From: Candidatus Latescibacterota bacterium
GTDB taxonomy: Bacteria > Latescibacterota > UBA2968 > GCA-2709665
DNA: 64,000 nucleotides
Assembly: GCA_965222075.1 (NCBI GenBank)
Contig: OZ244937.1
Location: 3,872,001-3,936,000, forward strand
Direction of reading: 5' to 3'
Part shown: in pieces, positions 60,022 to 64,000 of the stretch
How positions within the stretch are numbered: the stretch's first letter is position 1
Layout of the letters: each line of letters starts with the position of its first letter
Notes under the pieces: model-generated
The model's input: the letters and a program-made list of their open reading frames with translations, nothing else
Databases searched by the model: none
What the model was told of the DNA's origin: nothing
Position numbers and translations under genes: made by a program

Positions 60022-60684
60022 TTAGTCAGCTTCCCAGCTATCGAAGTAGAGGTCTTCATGATTCTCGGCTCCAACATTAACCTGAGCATGAAACCGTTTT
60101 TCCAGCTTAACAAGAGATCGGATATCATTAGGCAAATCATCAAAAGAAACGCGGATCTTTTTTCTTGGATTCCAACCTGAAATGATAACGTAGAAATAAT
60201 CTTCACCAGGTTCCACTTCCTCGACCCGAACAAGCGTTCTCCAAGGCTTTCGACTCGGCTGGTACTGGCCATCGAACTCTTGGATGCAACGCTCAAATCC
60301 TCTTGCGATATTGTCCGGGTCAAGTTCGTCAGGCTTCAAAAGCGCTGGAATAAAACGTCTGCGGCTCCTCATAAGGCTAATGTCCACATCGGTGTAGGTT
60401 GTACATAGTACTGCTGGGATAATCTTATAACACTCAGCGACTATTTCATCACCATTGAACCTCGCATAATGTCCTTTCTTCCGCAGATGATAGTCGCAAA
60501 GTACAGCATCCACTTGAGTTGGTAATTGTTGTAAAAATCGCTGCAGGTTGTTCAGAGGGCCAGCCTCTTGTACAGGAAACAGCCCTAGTTCCTCTAAGGA
60601 GTATTCATAGCTTTCTCTGGCTCTTTCATCATCGTCAACAATTGACACCCGTTCGATTCTTGTGCTTTCAATCTGAAGTGGCAT
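60022..60684 (-). CDS. Response-regulator receiver plus unrecognised C-terminal domain
   Basis: 'SIVDDD', phosphoacceptor 'VLCDY', 'LCTTY', 'LLKP'; no HTH recognised. Confidence 0.82.
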   Translation of the reverse strand: MPLQIESTRIERVSIVDDDERARESYEYSLEELGLFPVQEAGPLNNLQRFLQQLPTQVDAVLCDYHLRKKGHYARFNGDEIVAECYKIIPAVLCTTYTDVDISLMRSRRRFIPALLKPDELDPDNIARGFERCIQEFDGQYQPSRKPWRTLVRVEEVEPGEDYFYVIISGWNPRKKIRVSFDDLPNDIRSLVKLEKRFHAQVNVGAENHEDLYFDSWEAD

Positions 60685-60687
60685 AAT

Positions 60688-62754
60688 TCATACTCCGAGG
60701 ATAGGTAACTCAATAACAATTTCAGCGCCACCAAATTCACTGTGCTCAACCGCATCAACTTCCCCTCCGAGATCATTCACCGCATCCCGAACAATTGTAA
60801 GACCAAGTCCTGTTCCGTTCTTTTTGGTTGTGTGACCAGGCAACCAGATATCTTTCTTACTTATCCCCTCAATGCCAGGACCGTTGTCAAGAACTCGAAG
60901 CGTAAAAACATTGCTCTCAACCTCGGTACGGATCAGAATCTTTCTCTTATCCGTGGTCGAACGTTCAAAAGCTGTCAGGCTGTTATTAATCAAATTTGTG
61001 AGGATCGACTCCACGGACGCCTCACTTCCACGCAAATAAGGTGCACCCTTACACAGATGGATATCAACATCGACATCTCGCCCATCAAGAAACGGATTGA
61101 ATGTTTCAATCACACTATCAATAACAGCATGAAGGTCGACACGAGATATTCTGCGCTTTTCATGGTCGACGAGTTTAAGCGTCGCTGCCCCAAGCACTGC
61201 AAGGCTTCCAATAGCTCGAACGATCCCTTTAACTGGTTTCATAAGCAACTTGTCGTATGCATTGCCGAGTTCCTTCTTCGCCCGTCTCTCAATCGCCTTA
61301 ATCGACAATGTGATTATCTTTATTGGGTTGGCATTCGATTCATGTGCAAAGGTTGCAGCCGTAATTCCAGCAGTGCTGAGCGTCCTGTAAAGTTGCACCT
61401 CTTTGTGTAGCTGCTGCACCTCTCGATCCCGCGAACGGTCATAAGCATCCACAGCTTGCTTTAACTCCTCTTGCAAATCCTCAGGTACTTTACTGATAAC
61501 ATCATCGAGATTTATTTTCGATCTGCTTGTTTTCTTAGGAGCAGTGGTACGTTTTTTCGTTCTTCGCTTCTCGGCGACCTCCAACCTTCTTTTAGCCATC
61601 CATTCCATTGTATCTTGAGCAAACGACTTCATCTCGAGAAAAGCATCCGCTTCTATAAATCCGGAGCGGTCCGTCTTCTGAATAAGAAGCTCTTCTATAT
61701 CAAAGACTTTAACACGTCCAATAGCAGTATTGGTACCTGGCCGTTCCTCCGGACTCTGAACCCGACGTAGATTCATATCGAGCCAATCATTTCCAGGGTT
61801 TCCGTAGGGTATCACTCGTAGCCCATTATGATAAAGATGCACTCCACCAAATTCCTGCAGCCATGTCCGTACCTCTCCAAGCGTGGACGACCGAGTCAAG
61901 AAAGTGGACCTGTTTAAGATAAAAACCCAGAGGTCGAACTTGACAGCAGAACATCTATACGGATGTTTTTCACGCGGTACGGTTAGTTCGTCGTGATCCG
62001 CTGAGAACAGTTTCTCCCCTCGCCAGTCCACTACGGATGCTTTAGCTATACCATTTTTATCTACGGAAGCGATTAAGTGATACTCTGCGTCATCAAAGTA
62101 TCGTTTTTGAACTATCTCTTCGAGGTCTGAAAACTCCGGAGCTTTAAGAAGTGGCTTGAAGCCCTCGGGGTCATCCCCAAATGGATCGGCCAATAATATG
62201 AGCTCACGAGCCAATCGTTTAAGGTCCATCCGTCCAATTCGTATTTTCAAATCCTCTAAGTGGATCTCTGTCCCCGATGTACTTCCTTTAGAGCGTCTGC
62301 TCTTCTCAATCCTAAGCTCTACTTCGTCGACATGCTCAACGTTTTCAAAATCCTTCCAGTCAATAAGAAGGTCGTACCGGGTGGTTTTCTCCGCTCCTGG
62401 ATGTGTTGTAAGCAAAGCGGCTGATCCCATACGCAACGCCGCCAGACGACCGAGTCCCTTACTACCTGCTGGAACTCTGCCAAGCCGTGTGCGCTGTCTG
62501 GAGGATTTCTCGGATCGTCCGATAACAAGCCATCCATTTTTAATTTCATCAGCGTCCATTCCGTCGCCGTCGTCGACGACTTGGACAGATCCTCCAGGCT
62601 GGTCAGTATGGATCAATTCTATAGTGCAGGTACGTGCATCCGCATCGTAGGCATTCTTAACGAGCTCTATGATCCCTTTGTCAGGACTTGGATTTAATTC
62701 CTCGCCGAGCCGACGAAGGATATCTGTTACGAATCGTATTTGTACATTGCTCAT
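60688..62754 (-). CDS. MORC-type GHKL ATPase fused to a histidine kinase
   Basis: N-terminal 'ELVKNAYDADA', 'DDGDGM', 'GSKGLGRLA'; central S5-like region; C-terminal H-box 'FAHE', N-box 'NLINNS', 'DNGPGI', 'GTGLGL'. Confidence 0.9.
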   Translation of the reverse strand: MSNVQIRFVTDILRRLGEELNPSPDKGIIELVKNAYDADARTCTIELIHTDQPGGSVQVVDDGDGMDADEIKNGWLVIGRSEKSSRQRTRLGRVPAGSKGLGRLAALRMGSAALLTTHPGAEKTTRYDLLIDWKDFENVEHVDEVELRIEKSRRSKGSTSGTEIHLEDLKIRIGRMDLKRLARELILLADPFGDDPEGFKPLLKAPEFSDLEEIVQKRYFDDAEYHLIASVDKNGIAKASVVDWRGEKLFSADHDELTVPREKHPYRCSAVKFDLWVFILNRSTFLTRSSTLGEVRTWLQEFGGVHLYHNGLRVIPYGNPGNDWLDMNLRRVQSPEERPGTNTAIGRVKVFDIEELLIQKTDRSGFIEADAFLEMKSFAQDTMEWMAKRRLEVAEKRRTKKRTTAPKKTSRSKINLDDVISKVPEDLQEELKQAVDAYDRSRDREVQQLHKEVQLYRTLSTAGITAATFAHESNANPIKIITLSIKAIERRAKKELGNAYDKLLMKPVKGIVRAIGSLAVLGAATLKLVDHEKRRISRVDLHAVIDSVIETFNPFLDGRDVDVDIHLCKGAPYLRGSEASVESILTNLINNSLTAFERSTTDKRKILIRTEVESNVFTLRVLDNGPGIEGISKKDIWLPGHTTKKNGTGLGLTIVRDAVNDLGGEVDAVEHSEFGGAEIVIELPILGV

Positions 62755-64000
62755 TCTTCATCGCTCCACCAGGGTAGATCAGCAAGAGCCGACACAGTCA
62801 AGTGCCGACAACGAATGTATTGATCTAACCATTGGGTTGTCTGTGGCTTCCGAAGAACGCGGAGTAGTTCCCGACAAGCCTTAACGGTTCCGTCTTTTGG
62901 AAGCAAAACAAGCAGATGATTTTCAACCGCCACGGGCCTAGCGTTATTAATAATCGTTCCAAGTGCTCGATGCTTGTCTCCTGGTCTTGAAGTCCGGCGA
63001 ACCACAACGAATGGCGGTGAAAAAACTCGACCCTCAAACCTTCGATTATTTGAAACTTCACGGACCATCTGCCACGGTGGTAGATTACGGGCATGTATGA
63101 ATGGATACCAAGAACCCTGGTGCGGATCTCGATAATCAACTACTGAACCAACACAAACATCAAACCGCTCACCCACGCACTCAGGGGTCACCCTTGTTGG
63201 TTGATTCCACCGAAATCCGCCCGAAACTATTGATTTCTTCTGAATTTCAATATCTAGAACAAATACGTCAACGTCCGCCCACCGATCAAACTGACCGTGA
63301 AGTTGGAGCCGATGTATATATGACCGTGATTCTATGAACTTTCGCCATCTCAAATATCGTGATCCACTTCTGAGTACATCAGGCAATATAGCTACGATCC
63401 GCGTGCCGACATTTGCGTGCAAAATACAGGCTTCCAAGAAGAGCGCCGCTGAGTTTACTTTTCCACTGGACCAGTAACAGCTTTTGGGGGCGTCTACCAA
63501 TCCGAACGGTGGATTTATGACAATGTGGGTTGCTGCTTTGATTGCATCGTGATCTGTCAGCCCACACCTGCTAACAATTTTAGGAAACGTTCTGTGGATT
63601 TGGGGAATAGTACATCCATCAAGTGGAATGTTGTTACGAAAGGCAGCAAGTATGAGTCTTGCCTTAGCGGCCCGAATGAACTCTGGATGAAGGTCGCGCC
63701 CCATAATTTGGGCACCCCAACTTCTCAGAGTAGAAGTGAGATTCTGTTTTTTACTCAACCGCGCAGCGCAGGCAATGAGCAGATCACCCGTACCACATGC
63801 CGGGTCCAAAATGACTGATCGATCATCTAATGTACCTATAAGTGATGCCACGGCAACTTGTGACAATTTTGAGCCCGTGAAAAAAGCCCCTGCTGTCCGC
63901 ATATCTGACAATGAAACAAGCCTGCGAAGTTCATGCGCAGGCTGACCATCCAGTGCGTCATCAATACGCGCAATTATATCTCTATTGTCTAAAGGCTGCA
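62751..64000 (-). CDS. N6-adenine DNA methyltransferase (gamma-type), 5' end beyond the window
   Basis: 'GAFFT', motif I 'LDPACGTG', motif IV 'NPPF', C-terminal TRD-like region; frame stays open from 63911 to the window edge. Confidence 0.88.
   Translation of the reverse strand, partial: QPLDNRDIIARIDDALDGQPAHELRRLVSLSDMRTAGAFFTGSKLSQVAVASLIGTLDDRSVILDPACGTGDLLIACAARLSKKQNLTSTLRSWGAQIMGRDLHPEFIRAAKARLILAAFRNNIPLDGCTIPQIHRTFPKIVSRCGLTDHDAIKAATHIVINPPFGLVDAPKSCYWSSGKVNSAALFLEACILHANVGTRIVAILPDVLRSGSRYLRWRKFIESRSYIHRLQLHGQFDRWADVDVFVLDIEIQKKSIVSGGFRWNQPTRVTPECVGERFDVCVGSVVDYRDPHQGSWYPFIHARNLPPWQMVREVSNNRRFEGRVFSPPFVVVRRTSRPGDKHRALGTIINNARPVAVENHLLVLLPKDGTVKACRELLRVLRKPQTTQWLDQYIRCRHLTVSALADLPWWSDEE

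Noticed and set aside
60012-60323. 104-codon N-terminal extension of the MBL ORF overlapping the receiver gene, suggesting a frameshift fusion
   Set aside because: The extension reads like off-frame sequence, no convincing slippery site was seen, and ATG 60011 gives a normal MBL N-terminus

Overview
This is a high-GC bacterial chromosomal window. Gene content (PorV-like barrels, several PhyH and Gfo/Idh/MocA paralogues, a heparinase-like protein) suggests an FCB-group organism such as Latescibacterota; that assignment is inference only. From left to right: (i) a small AT-rich islet at the 3' end of tRNA-Val(TAC) with a hicB-hicA pair; (ii) a minus-strand core block (rplS, trmD, rimM, rpsP, ffh, rpe, PASTA protein, ROK kinase, eda, kdgK, fmt, yajC, tgt, site-2 protease), followed by oxidoreductases, recJ and fabI; (iii) a PspA / DUF4178 / DUF350 / lipoprotein / spermidine synthase locus split into two convergent halves, with three acyl-CoA genes inside it; (iv) an intact GcvT-family dimethylglycine dehydrogenase-like gene between two deletion pseudogenes (Fe-S CCG protein, etfA) that the ORF track misses or catches only in part; (v) catabolic and envelope genes; (vi) from about 59.0 kb to the edge, an AT-rich, tightly coupled operon: N6-adenine DNA methyltransferase, MORC-type GHKL ATPase fused to a histidine kinase, receiver protein with an unrecognised output domain, and a ComEC-like metallo-beta-lactamase-fold hydrolase. 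This last operon is the best candidate for an uncharacterised, phosphorelay-controlled defence system. No CRISPR array, rRNA, integrase or intact transposase was seen. Several start coordinates are my re-assignments from RBS position and family N-termini. All family calls are from motif recognition, not database searches.
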